DNA of 64,000 nucleotides from contig JBNKUM010000008.1 in the NCBI GenBank assembly GCA_050298595.1, forward strand, positions 160,001-224,000, read 5' to 3'. The position numbers and the translations under genes were made by a program. Of the stretch, positions 10,473-20,049 are shown in pieces. Source of the DNA: Gammaproteobacteria bacterium. GTDB lineage: Bacteria > Pseudomonadota > Gammaproteobacteria > GCA-001735895. The notes under the pieces are model-generated. The model saw only the letters and a list, made by a program, of their open reading frames with translations. It had not been told where the DNA came from and did no database searches. The first letter of the stretch is position 1. The number at the start of each line of letters is the position of its first letter.

Positions 10473-13130
10473 TCAAACCGTTACAGGGTTTGGTTTTTCT
10501 GCATCAATGTTATATTTTTTAATCGCCTGTTGGACGACTTTTGTTTCCAGTTCACCTTCATCTGCTAAAGCTTTTAGTGCGGCAACTGTTATGTAATATT
10601 TATTTACCTCAAAAAATGTTCTCAAATTTGCACGTGTATCACTTCGACCAAAACCATCAGTACCCAGGGTAACGAGTTTCATCGGCACATGTTCACGAAT
10701 TTGATTGGCGTAGGTTCGGGTATAGTCAGTAGCAATTACCGCTGGCCCCTTGCGTCCTTCCAGCATTTGTTCGATGTAAGACTTTCTGGCTTTTTTAGTG
10801 GGGTGCAACTGGTTCCAGCGAACCACATCAGTTGCTTCCCGAGCCAGTTCATTAATACTGGTCATACTCCAGATATCAGAATCGATATCAAAATCCTGCT
10901 TAAGCAGTTCTGCCGCAGCTATAACTTCACGTAGAATAGTGCCAGAGCCCATCAATTGAACCTTCTGGCCTTTAAACTGACTCTCCTGCAAACAATACAT
11001 CCCCTTTATGATGCCCTCCAGGGCTCCTTCAGGCATGGCAGGGTGGTGGTAGTTTTCATTCATTGCCGTGATGTAATAAAACACATTATCCTGATTTTGA
11101 TACATGCGTTTCATACCCTCATGAATAATGACCGCCATTTCATAAGCATAGGTAGGATCGTAAGAGATACAGTTGGGTATAGTGCCCGCAACGATTAGAC
11201 TGTGACCGTCCTGATGCTGTAGACCTTCACCAGCCAGTGTTGTACGACCTGCAGTACCACCAATGAGAAAGCCACGTACCTGCATATCTCCAGCAGCCCA
11301 GGCAAGATCGCCAATACGCTGAAAGCCAAACATGGAGTAATAGATATAAAAAGGAATCATATTTACACCGTGGGTAAAATACGATGAACCCGCAGCTATC
11401 CATGAGGACATAGCACCGGCTTCATTAATCCCTTCCTGAAGTATCTGCCCCTTTTTATCCTCACGGTAATACATGACCTGATCCGCATCCATAGGCTTGT
11501 ATAACTGACCACTATGAGAATAGATCCCCAGTTGACGAAACATACCTTCCATACCAAAGGTACGTGCTTCATCAGGTACGATCGGTACCACATTCTTACC
11601 AATATCTTTACTTCGTGTCAGCGCTGATAACATACGAACAAAAGCCATCGTAGTTGAAAAATCGCGCTCGCCACTGTCTTTAAGTAAGGCATCAAAAATA
11701 TCAAGATCAGGGATTTTCAGTGGTTCTGCCGTATCTTTTCTTACTGGCATATATCCACCTAAAGACTCCCTTCTTTCGCGCATATATTTCATTTCTTCAC
11801 TGTCTTCAGGGAAGCGGTAAAAAGGCACTTGTGATATCTGGCTATCGGTAACAGGTATATTGAATCGATCACGGAAGGCCTTAAGTGCTTCCTCACCCAT
11901 CTTCTTTTGCGAGTGAGTTACGTTTTGACCTTCACCCGCTTCCCCCATGCCGTATCCCTTAACCGTTTTAGCAAGAATAACCGTAGGCTGATCTTTATGC
12001 TCCATTGCTGCCGCATACGCTGCATAAACCTTGTGGGGATCATGACCGCCACGATTCAGGCGCCAGATATCGGTATCCGACATATTAGCAACCATGGCTT
12101 TTAATTCTGGATATTTACCAAAGAAATGTTCGCGCGTGTAGGCACCACCATGTGCTTTGTATGCCTGGTATTCACCATCAACAGCCTCTTCCATACGCTT
12201 TTGCAATAGACCATCTTTGTCACGATCCAGTAACGCATCCCAGTAACCGCCCCAGATCACCTTCAACACCTTCCAACCAGCACCACGAAAGTTTGCTTCC
12301 AGCTCCTGAATAATCTTGCCATTACCACGTACAGGTCCATCGAGGCGTTGCAGATTACAGTTCACCACAAAAATTAAATTATCCAGTTTTTCGCGTGAAG
12401 CTAACGAAATAGCCCCCAGAGATTCTGGCTCATCCATTTCGCCATCACCCATGAAGGCCCAGATTTTTCGATCAGACGGTTCAAGTAATCCGCGATTTTC
12501 CAGGTACTTCATAAATCTTGCCTGATAGATCGCCATCAGCGGACCAAGCCCCATGGATACCGTAGGAAACTGCCAGAAATCGCGCATCAACCAGGGGTGA
12601 GGGTAAGATGAAAGTCCATTCTCATTTAAGGCCTCCTGTCGAAAGTTGAGTAATTGTTCTTCGCTAAGACGGCCTTCCAGAAAGGCTCTGGAATAAATAC
12701 CGGGGGCAGAATGTCCCTGGAAAAAAATCAGGTCACCCTGACTTTTTTCGTTAGGTGCTTTAAAAAAATGGTTGAAGCCAACATCATACAGCGTGGCAGC
12801 AGATGAAAAGCTCGCTATATGCCCACCAAGTTCGCTGGTCTTTCGATTGGCCTGCACTACCATAGCCGCCGCGTTCCAACGGATGACCGAACGAATACGG
12901 CGTTCAATCGCCATATTACCGGGGCTTGGTTTTTGATGTACTACAGGAATGGTGTTCAGGTAAGCAGTATTCGCGCTATAGGGTAGATGAGCACCAGATC
13001 GGCGCGCTTTATCGATTAACTTTTCCAGTAAAAAATGCGCCCTTTCAGTGCCTTCAAATTGAAGTACCGAATCAAGAGCTTCAATCCACTCCTGCGTTTC
13101 CTGTGGATCAGAATCATGATTTTCTGTCAT
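10473..13130 (-). CDS. aceE: Pyruvate dehydrogenase E1, homodimeric type
   Basis: 885 aa. GLSSYPHP, PTVSMGLG, GDGEMDEPES (TPP binding), TLGTDGFGRSD. Confidence 0.97.
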   Translation of the reverse strand: MTENHDSDPQETQEWIEALDSVLQFEGTERAHFLLEKLIDKARRSGAHLPYSANTAYLNTIPVVHQKPSPGNMAIERRIRSVIRWNAAAMVVQANRKTSELGGHIASFSSAATLYDVGFNHFFKAPNEKSQGDLIFFQGHSAPGIYSRAFLEGRLSEEQLLNFRQEALNENGLSSYPHPWLMRDFWQFPTVSMGLGPLMAIYQARFMKYLENRGLLEPSDRKIWAFMGDGEMDEPESLGAISLASREKLDNLIFVVNCNLQRLDGPVRGNGKIIQELEANFRGAGWKVLKVIWGGYWDALLDRDKDGLLQKRMEEAVDGEYQAYKAHGGAYTREHFFGKYPELKAMVANMSDTDIWRLNRGGHDPHKVYAAYAAAMEHKDQPTVILAKTVKGYGMGEAGEGQNVTHSQKKMGEEALKAFRDRFNIPVTDSQISQVPFYRFPEDSEEMKYMRERRESLGGYMPVRKDTAEPLKIPDLDIFDALLKDSGERDFSTTMAFVRMLSALTRSKDIGKNVVPIVPDEARTFGMEGMFRQLGIYSHSGQLYKPMDADQVMYYREDKKGQILQEGINEAGAMSSWIAAGSSYFTHGVNMIPFYIYYSMFGFQRIGDLAWAAGDMQVRGFLIGGTAGRTTLAGEGLQHQDGHSLIVAGTIPNCISYDPTYAYEMAVIIHEGMKRMYQNQDNVFYYITAMNENYHHPAMPEGALEGIIKGMYCLQESQFKGQKVQLMGSGTILREVIAAAELLKQDFDIDSDIWSMTSINELAREATDVVRWNQLHPTKKARKSYIEQMLEGRKGPAVIATDYTRTYANQIREHVPMKLVTLGTDGFGRSDTRANLRTFFEVNKYYITVAALKALADEGELETKVVQQAIKKYNIDAEKPNPVTV

Positions 13131-13388
13131 TCTATTCTCTCTTATTTATTTTAATATTTTGTAAAGCCCCTTAAATACCTTCAGGGTGCTGGTGCCATAT
13201 ACATCCAGGGTATACATGCCCAGGCATTAGATATCTCTATGTCCGACGGGGTCTTTTGAAGTTAAGTTATGTCGTGAAATCAAACAGTAACTCACTCAGG
13301 ATGGCGGGCATTATACGTTATATTTAGAGTTAATCAGCTATTCATGAGATAATAAAAATATATAACCTTAGGACTATCACCTATATTT

Positions 13389-14426
13389 ATGACCTCATTA
13401 AAAATCATTCAACCCGACGACTGGCATTTACATCTGCGGGACAATTTATCATTGCAATCAGTAGTTAATGACTCTGCCAGACAGTTTGCCAGAGCGATTA
13501 TCATGCCCAATCTGGTCCCACCTGTAACCACCTGTGAGCAGGCCTGTGCCTATCGCGAACGCATAATGGCTGCAGTAGATAAAGACCTCAGTTTTGAACC
13601 TCTGATGACACTTTATCTAACCGATAATACGAGTACTGAAGAAATCCGCCTGGCCAGCGAGTCACCCTTTATTCATGCTGCCAAGCTGTATCCTGCTGGA
13701 GCCACCACAAACTCGGATGCAGGGGTTACGGGCATCAAGCGAATTTACTCGGTACTGGAAGCCATGCAACAATATGACCTGCCCTTACTCGTGCATGGTG
13801 AAGCAACAGCTAACGATATTGACATCTTTGACCGGGAAAAAGTCTTTATTGATCAAACCCTGAGTCAACTGCGTCAGGATTTCCCACAGCTTCGTATCGT
13901 GTTTGAACACATCACAACATCTGATGCTGTGAGTTTTGTGCTAGAGCATAAATCTGCTTACACTGCAGGAACGATCACCGCTCACCATCTTTTGATCAAT
14001 CGTAATGCCCTTTTTAAAGGTGGTATGAATCCTCACCATTATTGTCTCCCAGTTGTTAAGCGCGAAACTCACCGACTTGCACTACTAAAAGCAGCCACCC
14101 AACATGCTGATCGATTTTTTTGCGGTACCGACAGCGCGCCCCATGCACAGGGAGCAAAAGAATCAGCCTGTGGTTGTGCCGGCATTTATACCGCACATGC
14201 GGCCATAGAGTTATATGCCGAAGCATTCGAACAAACCAACGATTTCTCACAGTTTGAAAAATTCATGAGCCTTTCAGGACCTGCTTTTTATCACTTGCCT
14301 GTAAATACTCGACAAATAACCCTTAATAAACAGGACTGGACCATAGCCAATTCAATCCCTTTTGCGCATCAAACCTTAATCCCCTTTCGCGCCGGACAAA
14401 CCCTCAGCTGGAAACTGGAAGCTTAA
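13389..14426 (+). CDS. pyrC: Dihydroorotase (homodimeric type)
   Basis: PDDWHLHLRD, KLYPAGATTNS, GTDSAPH. Confidence 0.97.
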   Translation: MTSLKIIQPDDWHLHLRDNLSLQSVVNDSARQFARAIIMPNLVPPVTTCEQACAYRERIMAAVDKDLSFEPLMTLYLTDNTSTEEIRLASESPFIHAAKLYPAGATTNSDAGVTGIKRIYSVLEAMQQYDLPLLVHGEATANDIDIFDREKVFIDQTLSQLRQDFPQLRIVFEHITTSDAVSFVLEHKSAYTAGTITAHHLLINRNALFKGGMNPHHYCLPVVKRETHRLALLKAATQHADRFFCGTDSAPHAQGAKESACGCAGIYTAHAAIELYAEAFEQTNDFSQFEKFMSLSGPAFYHLPVNTRQITLNKQDWTIANSIPFAHQTLIPFRAGQTLSWKLEA

Positions 14427-14429
14427 TAG

Positions 14430-15047
14430 ATGACTGAACACACCCTTATGGAAAAACGTTTTCGAGGCTTTTTGCCTGTAGTAGTCGATGTAGAAACCGG
14501 CGGGTTCAATGAACAAACGGATGCCTTACTGCAGATTGCTGCAGTAATACTGGATATGCGTGAGGATGGCACACTGTACTGTCAGGAAACCCATACCTGT
14601 CATGTAACCCCTTTTCCTGGAGCAAACCTCGACCCCAAATCGATGGAAATCAATGGCATAGACCCCGACCACCCACTACGTATGGCTATGGACGAGAAAA
14701 TCGCCCTGCCGCATATCTTTAAACCCATTCGAGCTGCGCTCAAGCATCAAAATTGCAAAAGGGCTATCCTGGTGGGGCATAACGCCAATTTTGATTTGAA
14801 ATTCTTCAATATTGCGGCAGAAAGAACTGGCATAAAGCGTAACCCTTTTCACCCATTCAGCACCTTTGATACCGTCTCTTTAGCGGGACTGGCTTACGGG
14901 CAGACCGTTCTTTCTCGTTCGGTTCAGGCTGCAGGATTAGGCTGGGATAATAGTGAAGCGCATTCAGCAATCTATGATGCAGAAAAAACAGCTGAACTGT
15001 TTTGCACCATAGTTAATTCGATGCCATTTTTAGCTGCTAAAAACTGA
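14430..15047 (+). CDS. rnt: Ribonuclease T
   Basis: [35 protein letters not shown]. Confidence 0.96.
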   Translation: MTEHTLMEKRFRGFLPVVVDVETGGFNEQTDALLQIAAVILDMREDGTLYCQETHTCHVTPFPGANLDPKSMEINGIDPDHPLRMAMDEKIALPHIFKPIRAALKHQNCKRAILVGHNANFDLKFFNIAAERTGIKRNPFHPFSTFDTVSLAGLAYGQTVLSRSVQAAGLGWDNSEAHSAIYDAEKTAELFCTIVNSMPFLAAKN

Positions 15048-15154
15048 AGACAGTGCGTGATTTAGATAACCTGAGCCGCATAAAAGTGCATTTTAACTCT
15101 AGAGTATTTTCACCTTAGTAGTCTATACTCAAAAAAACTCAAAAAAGCCATCTC

Positions 15155-16090
15155 ATGTTACAAAAAGAAGATATTTCCATCATAGTCGTCGACGACCTTC
15201 AGTTTAGTTGTGAAGTCGTCAAATCAGGCCTCAAAAAATCGGGTTACAAAGACATACGTACCGCCAACTCTGCTAATAAAGCGATGCTTTTATTAAACGA
15301 AAGGCGTGCCGATGTCATACTGGCTGATTTCTGGATGCCTGAAATGAACGGACTTGAATTAACCGATCTGATAAGGCGCTGGGATGGAAAAAATAATCGT
15401 TATACCGGTATTATTTTGCTAACAGCGGAGGATACAACCTCCAGCATAGTGGTTGCTTTCGATCACGGTGTAGATGACTTCATTTCAAAATCAGCCAATC
15501 AGTACGAGCTAGCCGCTCGTGTCTACGGTGCCGGCAGGATTTCCATCACGCATAATAATATCTATAAATTAAACAGCGACCTGACCACACAATATCTAAA
15601 CCACAACCACCTGAGGCTGATTGATATGGACACAGGGCTATCAAACTATAAGCAGTTTGAAAGAACCCTGGAGTCAATGATTATTCATTGCGAAACTCGA
15701 GGTGGCGGAATCGCTATTGGATTGATTCGGGTGGATGTTAATGAAGATGATGAGGCTGAAACCAGGCTTAGACCAGGAACCTTGAGAACTATTTCAAATG
15801 CGCTACAGCTGGTACTCAGGCCAATGGATGAAATAGCGCGTATTGACAGCAATACATTTGCAATTGCTCTGATATACGCTGACCAGAATATGTTCAACAC
15901 TGATATGTTTAAGCGCAGTACCTCAAGCATACTCAAAAACACACATATGCTTACCGATCAGGGCAAAAAACTAAAGCTATCTATAGCCTGCTGGAATACA
16001 GACGAGTTTGATCCATTACCCAGCGTACCCTATGTGCTTGAACAAGCAGAAGCCCTGTTTGCCCCACTGAAACTGGAAAACGAAAGTTAA
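15155..16090 (+). CDS. Response regulator (REC) with a degenerate GGDEF-like domain
   Basis: VVDD, ADFWMPEMNG and DDFISK receiver motifs. The C-terminal region has DMDTGLSN, with ARIDSNTF in place of GGEEF. Confidence 0.8.
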   Translation: MLQKEDISIIVVDDLQFSCEVVKSGLKKSGYKDIRTANSANKAMLLLNERRADVILADFWMPEMNGLELTDLIRRWDGKNNRYTGIILLTAEDTTSSIVVAFDHGVDDFISKSANQYELAARVYGAGRISITHNNIYKLNSDLTTQYLNHNHLRLIDMDTGLSNYKQFERTLESMIIHCETRGGGIAIGLIRVDVNEDDEAETRLRPGTLRTISNALQLVLRPMDEIARIDSNTFAIALIYADQNMFNTDMFKRSTSSILKNTHMLTDQGKKLKLSIACWNTDEFDPLPSVPYVLEQAEALFAPLKLENES

Positions 16091-16107
16091 AAAAGCCCCG
16101 CATGTGG

Positions 16108-16756
16108 CAATGCTGTTCACTTAAGCATTTGAGTTTACATAAGGCTTAATAGAAAATCCGGTGATGGAAACATCATCGGATTTTTTATGGCCGTTCAACA
16201 AGACCTTCTCAACCTTAGTGACCTCTTTAACTTCTCAGATATCAGTTCATTGACTCAAAACATCCCCATCAAGTGGGTTGAGTCTGCGCTGCGCTTGAGC
16301 GCCAGTACAACGATTAGGAGGCGTCGGTTGCCATCGGAACAAGTACTTTGGCTTATGTTGGGGATGGCGATGTTTCGAAATGAGCCGGTACATGAAGTTG
16401 CCAGGCGTTTAAATATATGCGCGCAAGACCTGGCCTCAGACAGTCTTTTAGCTCAAAGCGGTGTCACTAATGCTCGTAAACGACTCGGCTCAGACCCCGT
16501 AGAAGGGTTATTTCGACAAACAGGTACGCACTGGGGGAACGAACGTTATCCTGAAGATGAATGGAACGGGTTGAAAGTGATGGCCGCTTCTAACCCGATA
16601 TCTGGAATGGGTCGACGACTGTCGGAGCTGAGGTCTGGTATTGGAAGTTTGTTTTTGGAAAGACGTCCGAGGCCAGCAAAGCCTCGGACGGTAAAGATAT
16701 CAAAGACCCGATATCCGGTGGATCGTTATGCTGCTCCGCTTAAGTGAACAGCATTG
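16108..16756 (+). mobile_element. IS4-family element, internally deleted (649 bp), inserted in a rho-independent terminator
   Basis: Perfect 19-bp TIRs CAATGCTGTTCACTTAAGC / GCTTAAGTGAACAGCATTG. 11-bp target duplication CCCGCATG(T/C)GG at 16097-16107 and 16757-16767. Confidence 0.92.
16187..16747 (+). pseudogene. IS4 transposase N-terminus fused in frame to its C-terminus; DDE core absent
   Basis: IRRRRLPSEQVLWLMLGMAMFR...ARKRLG (IS4 N-terminal domain) joins at WNGLKV directly to the RPRPAKPRTVKISKTRYPV tail; only 186 aa. Confidence 0.85.
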
Positions 16757-16796
16757 CCCGCATGCGGGGCTTTTTAGAATTGGTAAGGAATTAAGC

Positions 16797-17123
16797 CTAG
16801 TCAACCTTTTTGGCCACAGCTTCCTTGATTATTTTCTCTAATTCGCCTGACTCTTTCATTTCAAGTGTGATATCGCATCCACCGATCAACTCACCATCAA
16901 CATACACCTGCGGAAAGGTAGGCCAGTCTGCATAACGCGGTAAATTCTGGAAAATTTCAGGGTCAGTCAGGACATTCACATAAGCGAATTCAACGCCCAG
17001 TGAAACCAGTGCTTCGGCAGTACGACTGGAAAATCCACACTGTGGTAACTGCGGAGTGCCTTTCATATAAATCACTACCGGATTTGATTCAACCTGTTCT
17101 TTAATGCGTTCTAAAACGTCCAT
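16797..17123 (-). CDS. grxD: Monothiol glutaredoxin Grx4
   Basis: MKGTPQLPQCGFS, WPTFPQ, IGGCDI. Confidence 0.96.
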   Translation of the reverse strand: MDVLERIKEQVESNPVVIYMKGTPQLPQCGFSSRTAEALVSLGVEFAYVNVLTDPEIFQNLPRYADWPTFPQVYVDGELIGGCDITLEMKESGELEKIIKEAVAKKVD

Positions 17124-17138
17124 CGTGTTACCTCAACA

Positions 17139-17163
17139 ATAACTTACTAAATTAGTCGGGTAT
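17139..17163 (-). promoter_or_regulatory. IscR type-1 binding site overlapping the grxD -10 box
   Basis: ATAACTTACTAAATTAGTCGGGTAT matches ATASYYGACTRWWWYAGTCRRSTAT at 23/25. Minus-strand TATAAT at 17162-17167. Confidence 0.8.
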
Positions 17164-17216
17164 TATAGACGCTATTTAAAATAAAAATAAAGCCCTAATC
17201 GTTAAAGTTATTCCGA

Positions 17217-18992
17217 TTAATTCGAAAGGTGTGTCTGCAACCAAAATTCAAGAAGTGCGCAATGCCATAACTTACTCCCATTTAGGCGAGTGAAATGCGA
17301 TTCAGGCTCTGCCAGAAGCTTATCAATATACTGCCTTGAGAAGATCCCTCGCTCCCGGCTTTGCTGAGAATTCAGGATATCCGCCATAAATTCATAAAAG
17401 TCACCTCGCACATATTTTAGCGCAGGCATGGGGAAGTAGCCTTTGGGGCGATCAATCACGCTATCAGGTAGGATACCTCGCGCAATCTCTTTCAGGATAC
17501 CTTTGCCCTGATGTAATAGTTTCAGCTCAGGAGGACATTGCGCTGCCAGCTCAACCAAATGATGATCCAGAAACGGAACCCTGGCTTCCAGCCCCCAGGC
17601 CATCGTCATATTGTCCACGCGTTTAACCGGGTCATCTACGATCAACGTGGTCACATCAAAGCGTAGCACGGCATCCATAAAGGTATCCGCATGTTCGCTA
17701 TTGAGCTCTGCACTGACCAGTTCAGAGGTAACGTCCTGGATATGATAGGCAGGATTAACCGTTTCCAGGTATTCCTGATGATCCCGGTCGAAATACCAGG
17801 GCGCAAAACGCTGCAAAGGCGTGCCAGCCTGCGCCAGCATGCGCGAATACCAGAAATAGCCCGCGAATACTTCATCCGCACCCTGCCCGCTCTGTACCAC
17901 CTTCACCGATTTGGCAACCTGCTCCGACAACAGATAAAACGCTACCGCATCCTGCCCGAACATGGGCTCCGACATGTTAGCAACCGCTTCCGGTAATCGT
18001 TTAAGTACCTGTTCATTTGGAATGAGAAATTTATGATGATCGGTTTGATACATCGCAGCAACAGGGTCAGAGTATTCAAACTCACTACCCTTTTCTTCCG
18101 GCTGATCTTCAAAGCCAATACTGAAGGTTTTGATATCCTGAACACCCGCCTGATCCAGTAGCGCAACCAGTAAACTGGAATCCAGCCCGCCCGAGAGCAA
18201 TACGCCCACTGGAACATCCGCAATAGTCAGACGTTTTCTCACCGACTTTAGCAATGCAAGATGTACCTGCTCGCGCCATTCCCGGTCACTCAGGGCATGC
18301 TCAGGACGCACCGCCGATAATTCCCAATAGCGTTTAAGGGATAACTGCCCCCTGGCATTCAGATTCATGAAGTGTGCTGGTGGACATTTTCTTGCGCCAT
18401 TAAATAAGGTACGCGGCGCTGGAACAACAGCATGCAAGGTATACAGATGATGCAGGGCGACAGCATCAATCTCCGTATCACACATGCCGGTTTCCAGTAA
18501 CGCCTGAATATTCGAGGCAAAAAAGAAATGCGTATCGGTTTTCAGGTAATACAGTGGCTTGATTCCCATCCTGTCGCGAGCCAGGAACAAATGCTGAGTC
18601 ACCCGATTCCATATCGCAAAAGCGAACATGCCATGTAATTTTTCGACACAGGCCTCTCCCCAATGCGCATAGGCATTTACGATGACTTCGGTATCGCTAT
18701 GCGAATTAAACCGATAACCTTTAACGATCAACTCATCACGCAACTCAGGGTAGTTATAAATCGTGCCATTAAATACAATGGTCAGGTCACCCTGTACACT
18801 GGCCATAGGTTGATGCCCATTGGCTGATAAATCGATTATTGACAGTCGCCTGTGTCCCAGGACAACAGGCCCGTCATAAAATTCACCTCTATCATCTGGT
18901 CCGCGCCGTGCGACCTGTTTCGACATTTTTTCAACAATATCCCTTTCGACGCTCTGATCAGTAAAGCTTAATCCACCAAAAATCCCGCACAT
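17217..18992 (-). CDS. Asparagine synthase-like glutamine amidotransferase (N-acetylglutaminylglutamine amidotransferase subfamily)
   Basis: N-terminal MCGI, RGPD, LSGGLDSS, SGQGADE, and the subfamily-typical DDPVKRVDNMTMAWGLEARVPFLD. Confidence 0.85.
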   Translation of the reverse strand: MCGIFGGLSFTDQSVERDIVEKMSKQVARRGPDDRGEFYDGPVVLGHRRLSIIDLSANGHQPMASVQGDLTIVFNGTIYNYPELRDELIVKGYRFNSHSDTEVIVNAYAHWGEACVEKLHGMFAFAIWNRVTQHLFLARDRMGIKPLYYLKTDTHFFFASNIQALLETGMCDTEIDAVALHHLYTLHAVVPAPRTLFNGARKCPPAHFMNLNARGQLSLKRYWELSAVRPEHALSDREWREQVHLALLKSVRKRLTIADVPVGVLLSGGLDSSLLVALLDQAGVQDIKTFSIGFEDQPEEKGSEFEYSDPVAAMYQTDHHKFLIPNEQVLKRLPEAVANMSEPMFGQDAVAFYLLSEQVAKSVKVVQSGQGADEVFAGYFWYSRMLAQAGTPLQRFAPWYFDRDHQEYLETVNPAYHIQDVTSELVSAELNSEHADTFMDAVLRFDVTTLIVDDPVKRVDNMTMAWGLEARVPFLDHHLVELAAQCPPELKLLHQGKGILKEIARGILPDSVIDRPKGYFPMPALKYVRGDFYEFMADILNSQQSRERGIFSRQYIDKLLAEPESHFTRLNGSKLWHCALLEFWLQTHLSN

Positions 18993-19300
18993 ATCGCCTC
19001 AATTTATGACTCATAAAAAATCTATTATCCTTAATCGGAGAAAAAAAGCGCGGCTTTTTACGCTAAAACTCTACCCAAAGAAATCCACAAAGTTTACAAA
19101 GCACGCCTTGATATAGAGAACAATAACACTATATAGTTTGCGTTAATCGTCAAATTGTTTTGTGATATAAACATATCGATTCTCAATTATTGCCGACCTC
19201 AGACATCTGAAGCTCAGTAACCAGATGTCAGTCATATTGGCAAAATAAGTATTAAAAATTTAAACCCTACATTCATCTTAACCAAGAAAGAGAGGCTCAT

Positions 19301-19876
19301 ATGGCTTTTACACTACCAGAACTACCCTTCGCCAAGGACGCTTTGGCTCCTCATATTTCCGCTGAAACCCTGGAATACCATTACGGTAAACATCACAACG
19401 CCTATGTTGTGAACCTGAATGGCATGATAGACGGCACTGAATTTGCTGATATGTCACTTGAAGACATTATCCTGAAATCCAGCGGTCCGATTTTCAACAA
19501 CGCTGCCCAGGTTTGGAACCACACTTTTTACTGGAATTGCCTGAGCCCTAATGGTGGTGGCGAGCCTTCAGGTGCTCTGGCTGACGCTATTAATGCCAAA
19601 TTTGGGTCATTTGAAGACTTCAAGAAAACCTTCAGTGCTGATTGTGTTGGAAATTTCGGCTCTGGCTGGACCTGGCTGGTCAAAAACAATGCAGGCGAAC
19701 TGGAAATCGTAAAGACTTCTAATGCAGGCTGCCCCTTAACTAACGGTGTTACACCTTTGCTAACCTGTGATGTATGGGAACATGCATACTATATCGATTA
19801 CCGCAACGCTCGCCCTGACTACGTAGCGGCTTTCTGGAATCTGGTTAACTGGGATTTCGTCGCCAGCAACCTGTAA
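19301..19876 (+). CDS. sodB: Fe superoxide dismutase
   Basis: [20 protein letters not shown] (Fe type), DVWEHAYY. Confidence 0.96.
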   Translation: MAFTLPELPFAKDALAPHISAETLEYHYGKHHNAYVVNLNGMIDGTEFADMSLEDIILKSSGPIFNNAAQVWNHTFYWNCLSPNGGGEPSGALADAINAKFGSFEDFKKTFSADCVGNFGSGWTWLVKNNAGELEIVKTSNAGCPLTNGVTPLLTCDVWEHAYYIDYRNARPDYVAAFWNLVNWDFVASNL

Positions 19877-19896
19877 TCTCGCAGTTTTAGCTATTA

Positions 19897-19938
19897 GTTT
19901 TTACGGGTCTATTCGTCATGCGATTAGACCCGTAAAAC
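19897..19938 (+). terminator. Stem-loop after sodB, probable terminator
   Basis: TTTTACGGGTCTA...TAGACCCGTAAAA inverted repeat. Confidence 0.65.
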
Positions 19939-20049
19939 AACAGGAAAATGGCCTTAACCCGCTAAAACCAGCTGTTTTAAGGTATTCCTTACAAAATTCT
20001 TGTATTCATTTAAAAAATAAGTATTGTTGATCGCTTTTTTGCGGAAAAG

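Noticed and set aside
7751-13174. Many short antisense or alternate-frame ORFs over lpdA/aceF/aceE (and similarly over other core genes)
   Set aside because: Shadow ORFs of conserved genes, with no motifs of their own.
13131-13388. Riboswitch or sRNA between aceE and pyrC (TATAAT at 13310-13315 on the minus strand; ATACAT..CAGG repeated)
   Set aside because: No recognisable family motif or convincing structure; explained by divergent promoters.
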